From: Octopus sinensis
Taxonomy: Eukaryota
NCBI RefSeq assembly: GCF_006345805.1
Contig: NC_043009.1
Coordinates: 10,788,001-10,852,000, forward strand
Length of the DNA: 64,000 nt
Reading direction: 5' to 3'
Both the position numbers and the translations under genes were made by a program. This document shows positions 15,106-27,987 of this stretch, one piece after another. The notes under the pieces are model-generated. The model was not told the origin of the DNA, did not search any database, and was given only the letters and a program-made list of their open reading frames with translations. The first letter of the stretch is position 1; each line of letters opens with the position of its first letter.

Positions 15106-16896
15106 ATATATCTAATATAATAAATGCGAAAACTAATTTCTGTGTATCAGTGTGTCACACTTTGACCCCTTCTCTCACTATTCCATGTCACTTCTAGTAA
15201 TGCGCATGTTGCGGTGAAAATAATGATAGGCATAGAGACGGTGGCGGAGGGAGAGAGAGAGAGAGAGGGAGAGGGAGGGAGAGACAGAGAGAAAGTAAAA
15301 GAGAGGGAGATAAAGAGAGACAAGGTGGCAGTGGGAGTAATAAGAGAAAGAGAAAGAGTGGGTATATGAGAGAAAGAAGGACTGAATACTAAACGAACAT
15401 TTAGCCTTTTCATGATGATAATGGGGTGATAGTAATGGTTTGAGCTGTATTTGTGATAGAGGCGGAGGCGGCGGTGATAATGTTTGTGGTGGTATCCGAA
15501 GCGGTCAGGGATGAAGGTGAGAATAAGTGATGTGAAAGACAGTGGTGATGGTGGTAGAGGGGAAGGCGGCAAAGTCAAAGGTATTGATGGTGGTGGTGGT
15601 GGTGTCAAAAGTCTGAACGGTGTGTGAATGGCAGATGTGGTGACGTTGGTGCTGGTACTATTGTTTGTCAAGCAGCTTTGCAATAAATTCCTAGTCGACG
15701 AATCATATATGCAAATATCAGTGTGTCAGTGTGTCACACTTTTTAAACTTTATTCCCTCAGGCCGTTGCCCAACATATCATACCATTTTGGAATCAGGCC
15801 GACTCGATAAGTAAATTAAAAACACTCCGGGCCGAATTCGGACACGCAATCCTGAAATTTTGGATTCCCGAATTTTCATTACGGGGGTACAAAAAGTAAA
15901 GAAAAATTAAGGGGAGATAAAGAAGCAAAGGGAGGTAAATCCCCTTACTTTACTTACTTTACCAAAATGCGTTTACACCACACCAGGACTAGTTTAGTTT
16001 GGAATTGAAAATCAATTGAGATAGTTGCACCCTACTTCTATTTACGTTTTATTTATTTTCTTATAATCTAAAAAATAGGGCGAGTATGTTCTTGATATTT
16101 TTGCACCCAGGGCCGGACAACTCTGGAAAAGTTATTTAGTTGTTTTAAAGCTAATAAGTGAATATGCTTCAAGAGGAAACGGCTGCAATTTTACCGTACC
16201 TAGCTGCATTATATACATACGTACTAGACACATACACACACACACAAAAACACACACGCATACACACACACAAACTAGCACACACAAACATACACACACA
16301 TAGACAGACACACTCATATTCATGAGGAGATGACACATCGACAATATATTTCTCCATATCTCAAAAACGAAATAGTGTTGAAACTATAGAAATCATCAGA
16401 AACCAACTCTTAATGCCTTTTTCTTGCTAGTAATATTAATGAATGTAAAACGAATATGATATTTAATTTTTTTATTTAAAATATGTCTATAAATTTTTAA
16501 TTATTCGGTTATCACTTCATGATAGCTGCATTCCCCTTTTTTTTTATTTACGAAAATTCTTTCAACTTTAGCAAAAGGGGTAAGGGTGATCTTGATATTT
16601 GACACCCTGGGCCGGATAACTCTGTGTTCTGTGTTTAGCTGCTCATATATGCAGCTGGATATTCAGGTTCGTTAGAAGATCGGTGAAATCTTTTGTGCTG
16701 TATAGTTATGTCAGCTTCTCTATTCAAATCTCACAGCGGTCAAAGAGATTGGCATATCTGTAAACAAAGAAGGTAAAAGTTATATAAAACCTGGGGGTAT
16801 ACGTAACATATCGATAAACATTTTATCAGATGAAATAGTTTATTGTGTGGTTTTAAAATTAGAAAAGAAAAAACATGGAATCATGACTTACTTGAT

Positions 16897-17048
16897 CTAG
16901 CCAAGTTTTACGGACATGGTCACATGACCATTTACAGAATAAACGATGATCTGTACTACTTGATGCAAACCGGAACTGGCTTGCATGAAGATGTCGGATA
17001 CAATAAGTGGAATACAAGGTGGGACCTCTTCGGTCTGGCTACCATCAT
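16897..17048 (-). CDS. nested orphan gene, coding exon 4 (to TAG; exon continues to a donor after 16892)
   Basis: catag acceptor; phase-1 frame DDGSQTEEVPPCIPLIVSDIFMQASSGLHQVVQIIVYSVNGHVTMSVKLG*; 8 synonymous differences against the paralog exon at 28958-29113 in this frame. Confidence 0.75.
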
Positions 17049-17465
17049 CTATGTAGTAACAAATAAATAAAATGAATAAATAAATAAAGTAACAAATAAA
17101 TAAAAATTCATGTTATACCCTAAACGAAACATGGAAAAGAGATTTTGAGAAAAGTATGTATGCATGAACATATGTATCGCAACGACATTAAGTTATCAAT
17201 GCATAGATATATCCCGATCATTCACTACAAGCTGTAAGTTTGTTCTCAAATAGTACTTGGCAGTATTAAATTCATGATTGAGTCGGCCATGCTACGGTAG
17301 TCGTGTTTTCGCTCAATAAACACACACAACGCCCGGTCTGGGAATCGAAACCGCGATCCTCTATGTCTATGTACCATATTTAAATATTCAGAAAATGCAA
17401 AACAATCGAGTAGGTAGTTTATAATATATAGTAAAAAAAAATGAGAAAATGCATTAATAACTTAC

Positions 17466-17525
17466 CAAACTCTGATGGTTTGTGAAATTCTTCATCAAAG
17501 GAATCGGTGTCGGTCGAGGGTAAGT
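17466..17525 (-). CDS. nested orphan gene, coding exon 3 (60 nt, phase 1-1)
   Basis: ttttccag acceptor, G|gtaag donor; DLPSTDTDSFDEEFHKPSEF. Confidence 0.75.
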
Positions 17526-17693
17526 CTGGAAAAGAAAACAGACAATGGATAAAACTATTACTACAAACAAAAACAAAAAATACGAAAGGAAAAGATAACT
17601 CAGACTCTCTTACCCAACACACGAAAATATATATTAATGCATAACAGAGTATATTAATTTGTTAACTGAAGTTTAAGAAGGTCGAATATTTAC

Positions 17694-17741
17694 CTGGACA
17701 AGATGTTCGCTCAGACTGGTCGTAGTCAATGGGGGTAAAAT
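17694..17741 (-). CDS. nested orphan gene, coding exon 2 (48 nt, phase 1-1)
   Basis: tttcag acceptor, CAG|gtaaat donor; DFTPIDYDQSERTSCP; 5 synonymous differences against the paralog exon at 30104-30151. Confidence 0.8.
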
Positions 17742-18142
17742 CTGAAACCAACACAAATATAAATATAGAAATCGTACATGTATGTGTGAGTGAAGTTGAT
17801 GAAGTTTGAGGGCGATTTTGGTTGCTATATCTAGCAAGTGTAGCCCCGCTCAGATTTTTTACGTAGGTATATATGCATGTATGAACCGGCGATATGTTGG
17901 AAAATCTTGTTAAATAACTTGTTTAAGTTTGACTACATAGAAATCTGAATAACTTGTTTAAGTTTGACTACATAGAAATAGCAGCTTAATCTCATAAAGA
18001 GAAATAGAGAAACTGAGAGAGTGAGAGATTGATAAATACATAATCAGATAGATAGAAAAATAGGTAGATGTAGAGAGACGTTAAACAATGCAAAACTCAT
18101 TTGTTTTATGCATATATTTTAAACAATTTTAGCGAAACTCAC

Positions 18143-18371
18143 CCTCAATACGAGGAATTATAGCAGATTGATTGAGATTTCTCGGGAAATCTTCTTCTGT
18201 AGTTGTCATCAAGGAGATGTCTGATGATAACGGTGAAGAAAAATCTGTGTCATCTTCCAAAGGGTCTTCAAGTTTCGGTCGTCGTACGCAGGGTATTAAT
18301 CTTGAGAAAAAGTTTCGAGCTCCTTTACGAAGTCGTTTACGGAAGCCCGGGCGGTGTAGAACGTCGGACAT
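18143..18371 (-). CDS. nested orphan gene, coding exon 1
   Basis: ATG in an AACCAA-ATG context, candidate acceptors ahead of 18381 and 18444, GAGG|gtgagt donor in phase 1; MSDVLHRPGFRKRLRKGARNFFSRLIPCVRRPKLEDPLEDD...PRIE. Confidence 0.7.
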
Positions 18372-18523
18372 TTGGTTATATCTATTAAAACAAACAAGCT
18401 ATTAGCAAATATATTAACGCAAGTCAATGGATTGTAATAGTAACCTACAAGAAGTTAACTGTTAGCAATGGCCAAAGTATCGCAAATGAATGAGGGAAAA
18501 TATCGCGTTTTTCTGACTTCAGT

Positions 18524-18539
18524 ATTATGACGTCATAAT
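18524..18539. promoter_or_regulatory. 16-bp palindrome containing a full CRE (TGACGTCA)
   Basis: ATTATGACGTCATAAT, about 155 nt upstream of the nested gene ATG. Confidence 0.4.
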
Positions 18540-18754
18540 TGTGATTTAACTGACCAAAATTACGTTTTATATTTCAATTAATTTATTACTTAACAATAAG
18601 CAGATACAGAAAGCTAAAACACATTCAAACACAGTTACACACACAAACATACAGACGGATAGAATACAATCGTTGATGCATATATATATATATATATATA
18701 ATATATACATTCGACGTTGCGCACATAAAATTTCATACATACAAAATTTTCAGC

Positions 18755-18866
<112 letters not shown>

Positions 18867-19026
18867 CCTACCTATCTATCTATCTATCTGCTTGTGTGTG
18901 TGTAAGTCTGCGTGTGTGTGAATTTTGGGGGGTTGCTTCAGTATTATATTAACATAAACAAATTAGAATTGGAGTCAGGTGTATTTGGTTATGACATAGT
19001 TCTTCATGAATTGTATACTCGTATCT

Positions 19027-19073
<47 letters not shown>

Positions 19074-19269
19074 ACTTTAGGAAGAAATGGTTTTTGTATA
19101 AAAAAGATGAATTTGATAAGAAGAGGATATATTTCTATTTCCTTTTGGTTCAGCTACTGTCCGGATATATCGTTGGTTTATATATATTAAGATAATGTGC
19201 GATTTGAGAGATTACATTTGTTATTTCCCATCAGGTACAGCTACTATTAAGTGGAGCATATGTTTCTGC

Positions 19270-19294
19270 ATACCTACCTACATATATACATACA

Positions 19295-19325
<31 letters not shown>

Positions 19326-19488
19326 GTACATATATACATACATACACAAATACATACATACATATGTACATATATACATACATACACAAATACATACATA
19401 CACAGATACATATATATACATGCATATATACATACATACATACATACATATATACATACATACATACATATATACATACATACATACA
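19270..19488. repeat. (CATA)n microsatellite abutting an RTE-derived element
   Basis: Directly visible. Confidence 0.9.
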
Positions 19489-20020
19489 TGGTGGCTGCCC
19501 CTCGTTATCGAGTATGGCCATTGCACGAAGCTTAATTAATGTTGTTATCGTGCAATGCCTGTGCAAGAAGATTTTTTTAAAGTGAGGAAAGGCTGTGCAC
19601 TGAGTCAATCCCACTCACTAAGCAACAGCAGCCATAATGCGAAAAGAAGAACAAGTCAACATCATCGGTAACCACTGAGCCGCAGGTTTATGTCGGAGTT
19701 ATCCCAGTTACCTGAGTTACCTTCTCCTAGAAGGATGCCCTAACAAAGGCTAGGAGTCCTTCACTCCCAATGGTTTAACCGCGCGATCGGGTATTCAGTC
19801 CGATTATTTCTACGTCCCGCGCATGATATAGCCTTAAGACATTTATTGGATGGCCGTTCACTCTCAAGAGTTCCTCCGCCCTTTGACGGGTTTTGTTTTT
19901 CATCCCGCAGGGTGTCCAATAAACACCCTCCTCACCAAGCAAGCTTGGTGGGGTTGCCGGTTTCGTCGCCGACGACCCGACCATGCAACAGGTTGTACTG
20001 GGTTACATGTTACCAGTAGC
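19489..20020 (-). mobile_element. internally deleted RTE/BovB-like non-autonomous element
   Basis: The left part resembles an RTE 3' end (GCCCCTCGTTATCGAG on +); the right part resembles an RTE 5' UTR (GGAGAAGGTAACTC on -); no ORF; embedded in CATA repeats. Confidence 0.45.
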
Positions 20021-20263
20021 ATACATACATGTATACATACATATATACATACATACGCAAAAGAACAGGATGTAGTTTCTTGGAGATTTGTCTGCAATTT
20101 CATTCGGATCTAGCGGCAATGTTACTATCTCTTCGGCATACATGTGTGTTTGTGTGTGTGTATGCGTGTGTATGTGTGTTTGTCTGTTTGCACTTACATA
20201 CACGCACACACACACACACACACACACATACGTGCGCACACATTCAAGTGTGTGTGTCTGCCT

Positions 20264-20310
<47 letters not shown>

Positions 20311-20819
20311 TGTGTGTGTGTGCCTGATGTGTGTGTGTGTGTTTTCAAATGCTTTTGTGACCTGCTAATCTCGAATATCTTGCACAATTTGACGGTCGTT
20401 TGTAGCTGAACTTCTTCGTTTAAGAGTGTTCTTCCTAGTTTTCTTAATCTAAATACTTCATAAATTAAAGGCAGAAATCTAAATGTATCGTCTAGATGGA
20501 GTAACAGCACATTTCTCATTAGTTCATCAGAGATAATTTAATCTTACTAATTTTTGAAATAGTTGTGACATACGTTGGGAAAAAGGCTTCAAGCAACACG
20601 TACGATTACCTTTCCCGTCCTCAGATCATCAGATCTGTTTTACTTTACTTGTATTTTATTGAAGTATTTATAGGAACATTCAACATCATGGATGGCCATT
20701 CACTCCTCATCACTATACCTTTTATATAGACTTCCTCAGGATTATCCTTTCTATTTATTACGTGGGGTCATTTTCTATTCCCGACGTTGTCCTTCATATG
20801 TAGGTAATATCTTGATGGC

Positions 20820-21332
20820 GGAGGCGCGTGGCTTAGTGGTTAGGGTGTCAGCATCATGATCGTAAGATTATGGTTTCGATTCCTGGACCGGGTGACGCGT
20901 TGCGTACTTGAGCAAAACACTTCCTTTCACGTTGCTCCAGTCCACTCAGCTGGCAAAAATGAGTAACGCTGCAATGGATTGGCGTCCCGTCCAGCTGGGG
21001 AACACATATGCTATAGAAACTTGGAAACTGGGCCCATGAGCCTGGTTAGGCTTTAAAAGGGTGCATTGTGGAGGCGCGTGGCTTAGTGGTTAGGGTGACA
21101 GCATCATGATCGTAAGATTGTGGTTTCGATTTCTGGACCGGGCGACGCGTTGTGTTCTTGAGCAAAACACTTCATTTCACGTTGCTCCAGTCCACTCAGC
21201 TGGCAAAAGTGAGTAACGCTGCGATGGACTGGCATCCCATCCAGCTGGGGAACACATATGACATAGAAACTTGGAAACCGGGCCCATGAGCCTGGTTAGG
21301 CTTTAAAAGGGCGCATTTATTTATTTATTTAT
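20820..21332 (+). mobile_element. tRNA-derived SINE family C, head-to-tail dimer (250-bp unit)
   Basis: Units start at 20820 and 21070; A box TGGCTTAGTGG, B box GGTTTCGATTCC, V-SINE-like GATGGACTGGC..CC.TCCAG segment, (TTTA)n tail on the second copy only. Confidence 0.85.
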
Positions 21333-21869
21333 ACCTTGATTACATTTTCGAGCAAACATTTCGGATAAGGCTGACATCCTGAATGATAATTCCACAGACT
21401 CGGTAAATGCTCTTGTATCAAAGTGGTTTATCCGCATTTCTTTCACATTTGTGTGTTAGGTATTTTGTTGTCATTTCCTGCCATTGAATTGTAAACGCAT
21501 ATCTTTGTCCGTCGTAAATAGACTTCTCAAGCTATGAATATTGCTGTCACTTTGAAGCCGTTCGGAAATAGAGGCGAACATGAACTTTTGCTAATACAAC
21601 TATTTCAATGATTATTGATCGAATTTTAGACCTAAAATAATTTTGCTGATACATATTTTGTTCATTGTGTGGAAATTGACGCAAGTAAAATTAGAACTGC
21701 AAGAAGGGAGGAAAAATAGGGTAAACCTTTGTAAGATTGTGAATGGGATTAAATGAAATAGAAGCAGCAATTGCTCAGTAACTGAAATAACATTCAAGGC
21801 CATTAGACATACTTAGAATCGATGTTATTATTTGTAACGGTGATAGTGTAGATCCTACAGCATGGTGGC

Positions 21870-22330
21870 AAATGTCTATTAAGACTGTACACGATGATCA
21901 CCATTGTGGTGGAGTGGAAACTCCCATTTGTTTACGATTGGAAGCCTGGTGGGCGGAAAATTGTCATGGTGTTGATTATGTTAGAAGTTGTCCGAAGTGT
22001 TGTCAGCGTAAAACTGTAGAGTTGGCCAGCTGGAGTGAAGGTTTGATCACGTTTACATATGAATCATATTTCTGTACAAAATGTTAGTTGGTGCTATTTT
22101 TCTAGGTGGTCAGAAGTGGTGAGAATAACTTATAAACCTGCTGAAACTGACACATGTTTGGAGGATAATTTTCACAAGGAATGGATTTCCACATATATTT
22201 GATTCTGACAATACAGCTGAATTCTGGGACGAGAAATTGTTACAATGGCTCGAAAAGTTAGGTTGTAAAACTCTTAAAAGATCGCCATATTCTCAGTCTC
22301 CTAATGGTCTTGATGAATGAATAGTACAGA
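21870..22330 (+). mobile_element. Gypsy-like LTR retrotransposon integrase remnant
   Basis: HDDHHCGG...WW....DYVRSCPKCCQRK (H2C2 zinc-binding motif) and DNTAEF...WLEKLG...SPYSQSPNGLDE (rve DNG.EF / PYHPQSNG motif), broken by stops. Confidence 0.65.
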
Positions 22331-23304
22331 GAGTAAACATTTTCTAAAATGTTCGGATCGTTTGATGCTTCTTTCTCACGGTTTCGCCTTAGTTACAGAT
22401 GCAAACTCCATCCTGCTAGAAAGGAAACTTCTTCAGCGTTGATCGGATGCCTGATAAGGACACCATTGACCATGCCATACGCTGTCGGGTTACAGTGCTA
22501 GTTTATGCAAATACAGCTGCGTACGTGCGCACATACACGCGAGTACTGTCCAAATCTCTGACCAATCACATACAGCTAGCTGGCATTCAATTGGTGTATC
22601 AAGTTTCGAGCATTTTGATTGGGTTTTGGATAGAAAATTCACAAAAAAGTCACTTCTATTCATTTTTTAATGGCTTTGTTGGGTGACTGCGGAAATGTAT
22701 AGATGTGCACGACCACCCTTGGACGGTTTTGATTAACCATAGAAAGTACGAGCCCTCTAACAGAAAAATTGTGGATTTGTATAAAGGGCACACACAGATA
22801 GACATTTTGCCGTTTATATATATAGAAATGGCAGAAATGCATAACTGATTGTGAAGTATGACTTCTATTACACAATGACCATATAAGAAAATGTACTGAG
22901 TAACATGAACAAAGTAGCGTACAAAAATCTGCATTGATGTTGGAAGATGTTCCGAAACTTCGCAAAGAGCGAAGTAGAATACAATAATCTATAACAGTGC
23001 TAGAAGTTTGTAGACCAGGCAATCAAATATCTGACGCCAGTGGATGACCAGTAAATGATTTAAGAAGTCAAGCAGTAAACAGGCGGCTTCTTCCTAAACG
23101 ATACGGAAATGATAAAAGATGGAAGTACTTGGCCAAGGAAAACAACCAGGGACGGTCGCTTATGATTATAATCATTAGATGGAGTGCTTTCAGCTTTAAA
23201 TATAAAGACCCGACACGTATGAGACCGTTATTAAATGCCGTCATGACACAATAAGCTTTCTACAAATAGCAATAAATGGCATATTCAATTTTACCAATTC
23301 TTCA

Positions 23305-23484
23305 GGCGTAAGAGTGGCTGTGTGGAAAGTAGCTTGCTTACGAACCACATGGTTTCGGGTTCAGTCCCACTGTGTGGCACCTTGGGCAAGTGTCTTCTAC
23401 TATAGCCTCGGGCCGACCAAAGCTTTGTGAGTGGATTTGGTAGACGGAAACTGAAAGAAGCCCGTCGTATATATGTATATATAT

Positions 23485-23518
<34 letters not shown>

Positions 23519-23767
23519 ATATATATATATGTATGTGTGTGTGTGTGTGTTTGTGTGTGTATACGTTTGTGTGACTGTGTTTGTCCCCCCAACATTGCTT
23601 GACAACCGATGCTGGTGTGTTTACGTCCCCGTAACTTAGCGGTTCGGCAAAAGAGACCGATAGAATAAGAGCCTGACTTCCAAAGAATAAGTCCTGGGGT
23701 CGATTTGCTCGAATAATGGCGGTGCTCCAGCATGGCCACTGTCGAATGACTGAAACAAGTAAAAGAG
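23305..23767 (+). mobile_element. SINE family A, full length
   Basis: Similar to 3223-3630. Confidence 0.85.
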
Positions 23768-25158
23768 TTAGCTGTCAGCTAAACACTCAACATCTTCATT
23801 AAGAGAAAAAATAGATTGTTTACGCGGTTTCCCTACCAGCTAGATGGAGCAGCGAAATCTCATCCGAATCACGGCCAAATATCTTCCAAGAAATATAAGC
23901 AGTCATTGGATACCGTAATCCTTCTTATACAATGTATAAACAGAGGATGCAATGGTCTTGATAGAAATTCATTTTATCTACGTTTCGTCTTGAGGTAAGT
24001 TGATCCTGATCAAAATAAAATACTTAGTTCAGGCAGTAATGTTTGCTCGTTCGGATTAAATCTGTCTATTCAAGTTCTTTAGCAACTAGAACATAATTTC
24101 ATTAATCGAGCTGCTTCCTACTTCTATCGGAATGCTTACTATTCTTTTGAATAACGTTCGGTATTTCCTAGGACTTTTAAAGCTTAAATTAACACATCAC
24201 ATCTAAAACATCTGTTTACTGAGAGACTACCAAAGTGTGTGCTGTTAGGGTAAATTGTCAGAAAATTGTAAATCATTTATCATTTATTTACATATCTGAG
24301 ATTTTGATCTTAGTCTCTGTGAGTTAATGATATCCCTACCGAAGTAGATTTGGCATCCACATCGCAGTCAATATCAAGAAATATAGTGTAAAAGAATGAG
24401 AAAAGTAAATAAGGCATTAACGCAGATTCTGTGTGTTTAATAGGCGATGCTTCTACTGTTAAGCAACATTTTCAATAGACTTTATCAAACATAATAGTTT
24501 GTTGCGATTTATGAGCAAGCAGCTCAGAGTATATCCAAACATATTCATGAAATTACAGCATAACTACCGTCATCGATCTAGATAAATCGTTCTTTTATTG
24601 GGAAATTGACTAAAAAAAGTGGATCTTATGTTGAACAAATGCCCAGCTTCTAAATGATGCGATTAAGTTACAACTTTGTTGTCCTCCATTTCAAAACTGT
24701 TCGTATGTGGTTAAACCAGGTTCAGCTCATTGATGTAGATATATCTCACTACTCTGTGTTCTGTGTTACCTGTACAATGGATATATGATTAAGCGGTTCG
24801 CTTGAAAATCCCGGGGTCCCGAGTTTTATCCCTCTACGTGGCATACTTGGTAATGTATCATTTAGTTAAGCCACGTGATTGAATCCGAGAAGAGGATTTG
24901 TATGAAAGTGAATTTTCTCAGGAATAAAATCCATAGTACACCGGAAGCGCTTGTTAAATGCAGTGCCAGGCATAATATTGCTTTGTGCGAGTTGGCCGTT
25001 TTCCTCAGAGCAAAGCGTACGGTAGGATTCGAAAATGAATTCTCACTCAATCCATTCAGCCATACAAGCGTTAAGAACAGCCAGGCCATACTCAATGAAA
25101 TGACTTTCACTATTTCTAACCGCTTCTTGGCCCACTCCTGCCTTTTAGGACCCATGTA

Positions 25159-25160
<2 letters not shown>

Positions 25161-25250
<90 letters not shown>
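25161..25250. repeat. pure (CA)n
   Basis: Directly visible. Confidence 0.95.
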
Positions 25251-25253
<3 letters not shown>

Positions 25254-25571
25254 CTCGAACGCTTCGTATGAATCACATCGAGCATGATATAATGTATTGC
25301 GATGCTGAAGGTTACAAACCTGGTTCTAAGTATATTGTTTGCCCTGATTTCCCTTGACACACAATAGATATTGAACACTGCACAAATTCAATTTTGTGGT
25401 AAGAAAGTTCCTGTGACTTTGTGACACTGGAATAGTTGGAAGTAGAATTACGGTCAACAGAGAACGATTCCCCAAAATTTCAGTAAGTATTCTGCCACAT
25501 AAACGCATGCTATATGCGTCCATCCATAAGCGCACACACTTACTCAGACAAATATATTATATATATATATA

Positions 25572-25606
<35 letters not shown>

Positions 25607-25862
25607 ATATATAATAATAAATATTAGGGAATAAATCCAAATTTACAGGGAAAAATAATTTTAGGATGAAACCAATGTTATAGTAAAATATAATATAATA
25701 TTAATTTGAGACAAATATCTTAATTATATTTAATTTATATAAAATTTTTTATGTATTGGATTAAGTCTTTCTTTGTTTGATTTGCATAATAGTGGTTTGT
25801 CTCAAATTAATATTATATATATATATTATATATACATGTATGTATGTACGTATGTATGTATG

Positions 25863-25910
<48 letters not shown>

Positions 25911-25924
25911 TGTATATTTTTTAA

Positions 25925-26115
25925 AATCTTTTTTTTGTTTCAGTTATTAGACTGCGGCCATACTGGGGTACAGCCTTGAAGAAATTGTAGTCAAATGAAT
26001 CGATCCCAGTAAACTTTTTAAAGCCAGGAACGTATTCTATCGATCTCTCTTGCCGAACAGATAGGTTATGGGACGTAAAAACACCAACACCAGTTGTAAA
26101 TCAGTGGTAGGGGAC
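25925..26115 (-). mobile_element. SINE family A, 3' half, diverged
   Basis: Reverse complement of the family A tail (GTTTCAG...GCGGCCAT.CTGG). Confidence 0.65.
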
Positions 26116-26326
26116 ACACACATACACAAAACACAGACAGACACGCACACACACACAAACACACATGCATATCTATCTATTTGTTTATATATCTCTCTAT
26201 ATATACACATACATATATATATACATATATATAAGTATATACATAAATACACATTGACACGCACACACACACACACACACATGTATATCTATCTATTTGT
26301 TTATATATCTTTCTATATATACATAT

Positions 26327-26394
<68 letters not shown>

Positions 26395-27639
26395 GTTGTA
26401 TACTGTCAATCTAACAAGAACGTGAAAGTAGGGGGTACCTCACCGTTGTATAGCCCTAGGAGGCATCGAACGCCTTCTGATAGCTTCGACACATTTTTTC
26501 CCTGTGTCCTTATATACATATACGAAGGGGAGACAAACACCCCCGGCCGCCGGAACTGCATCTAGGGACACCGTGTTTCAGGATCATTGTCCTTCATCGG
26601 CCTAGAGTAGCAGACACCGGTCGGCTGGTGATATTTGCCTCGACTTCATAATTGTATATATGTATACTCAGTGAAGTTTATTCACTGATTATCAAAATCT
26701 ACACTGCCTGACAGAACGGGAAGGGAATTCCTCAGAATCAGTGTAGAATCAGTTCTTTATTGTTTTAAAAAAAAAGGATAAAAAGCAAGGATCATGAGAT
26801 CTGTTCATCTATGTTGTGTGCTGTTCTCAATAAATCATGGAAAAACATACGACAGAAAAGCTTTATGGAAATATTCCCTATATATCATCAATCATTCCTG
26901 AGCAGGGTTCAAGATATACTGTTGCAGTTCTATTGAAGCTAATATGAATTGTTTTAGCTTTGTTTACGGATCCCCAGCAATGAGAAATCTGATGTCGGAT
27001 GATCCGGAATGACGTACATCCATCAAAAATCACGTGATGTCGAGAAAAACCTAAAAAACGTAATGCGAGGCAGTAATGCTTGGAGAAAATTAATGTTTTA
27101 GGTTTGGGCACCCGCTCGAAATGCTAGAGTGCGTGCCTGCGCGAGTATACACGGGAACACACACACATACACACACGCACATACACGCACATACACGCAC
27201 GTACGCACACACACACATTGATACGCACGTATACATATGCATATATATGTGTGTATATATATATGTATATATACATATATATATATACAGATATAGGGTG
27301 AAAGATAATTAACTTAATAAAATCAACAAATTTCACCGAGTAGTATTTCGGTATAGAAAAGGACCATATTCGGTAAAAACTTATATAATTATAACAATAA
27401 GGGTTTTGCAACAAGTTGCTTGACACATACGAAAAATTTTAGAATAGCAGTCAAAGGACTCCTATCTTTTTCTACAAAAATATGTCTCCACAGACAACAA
27501 TATTTGTAACTCACATATATATATTTTTTAATTTTATTTATATTTTTATAGTTTTCAGCTCACGAGGATGGTGGTTCATGTATACACAGGAGGAGACTAT
27601 ACAAACACAACACCCATACATACATAAATAAATATATAT

Positions 27640-27689
<50 letters not shown>

Positions 27690-27691
<2 letters not shown>

Positions 27692-27910
27692 ACCAGGAGG
27701 TGAAAAGTTCCTGGCTTTGGGTAAACGAAAAAAATACAGGAGGATTATGTGGAGGATTAGGTATTTATGGTTTTAGTCAGCATGTTTCTCTTTCAGATAC
27801 ACAAACTTATTTGCAGCGGTCCTTCAGTTTTTCTAAGCCCTGTAAAAGAACTCGGAAGAATGGGCCTCCTGCCAGGCCTTTCGCGATAGCCAGGAACTTT
27901 CAAGCACCCT
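27690..27910. mobile_element. mariner-derived MITE
   Basis: Terminal inverted repeats TGAAAAGTTCCTGGCT (27701) and AGCCAGGAACTTTCA (about 27887-27902). Confidence 0.65.
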
Positions 27911-27987
27911 GTCCCCGTGACCGCGTGTGTACCGTTGGCGATTTTTCTCCTCCGTCTTCCCTTCTTTGGATCTTTCCTTTTCCTATG

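Noticed and set aside
17913-17979. 35-bp tandem duplication in the nested gene intron
   Set aside because: Real but an ordinary local slippage duplication.
24862-25160. About 100 codons open on both strands
   Set aside because: No recognisable motif or splice signals, and ORF length is inflated by the adjacent (CA)n; possibly a transposon remnant.
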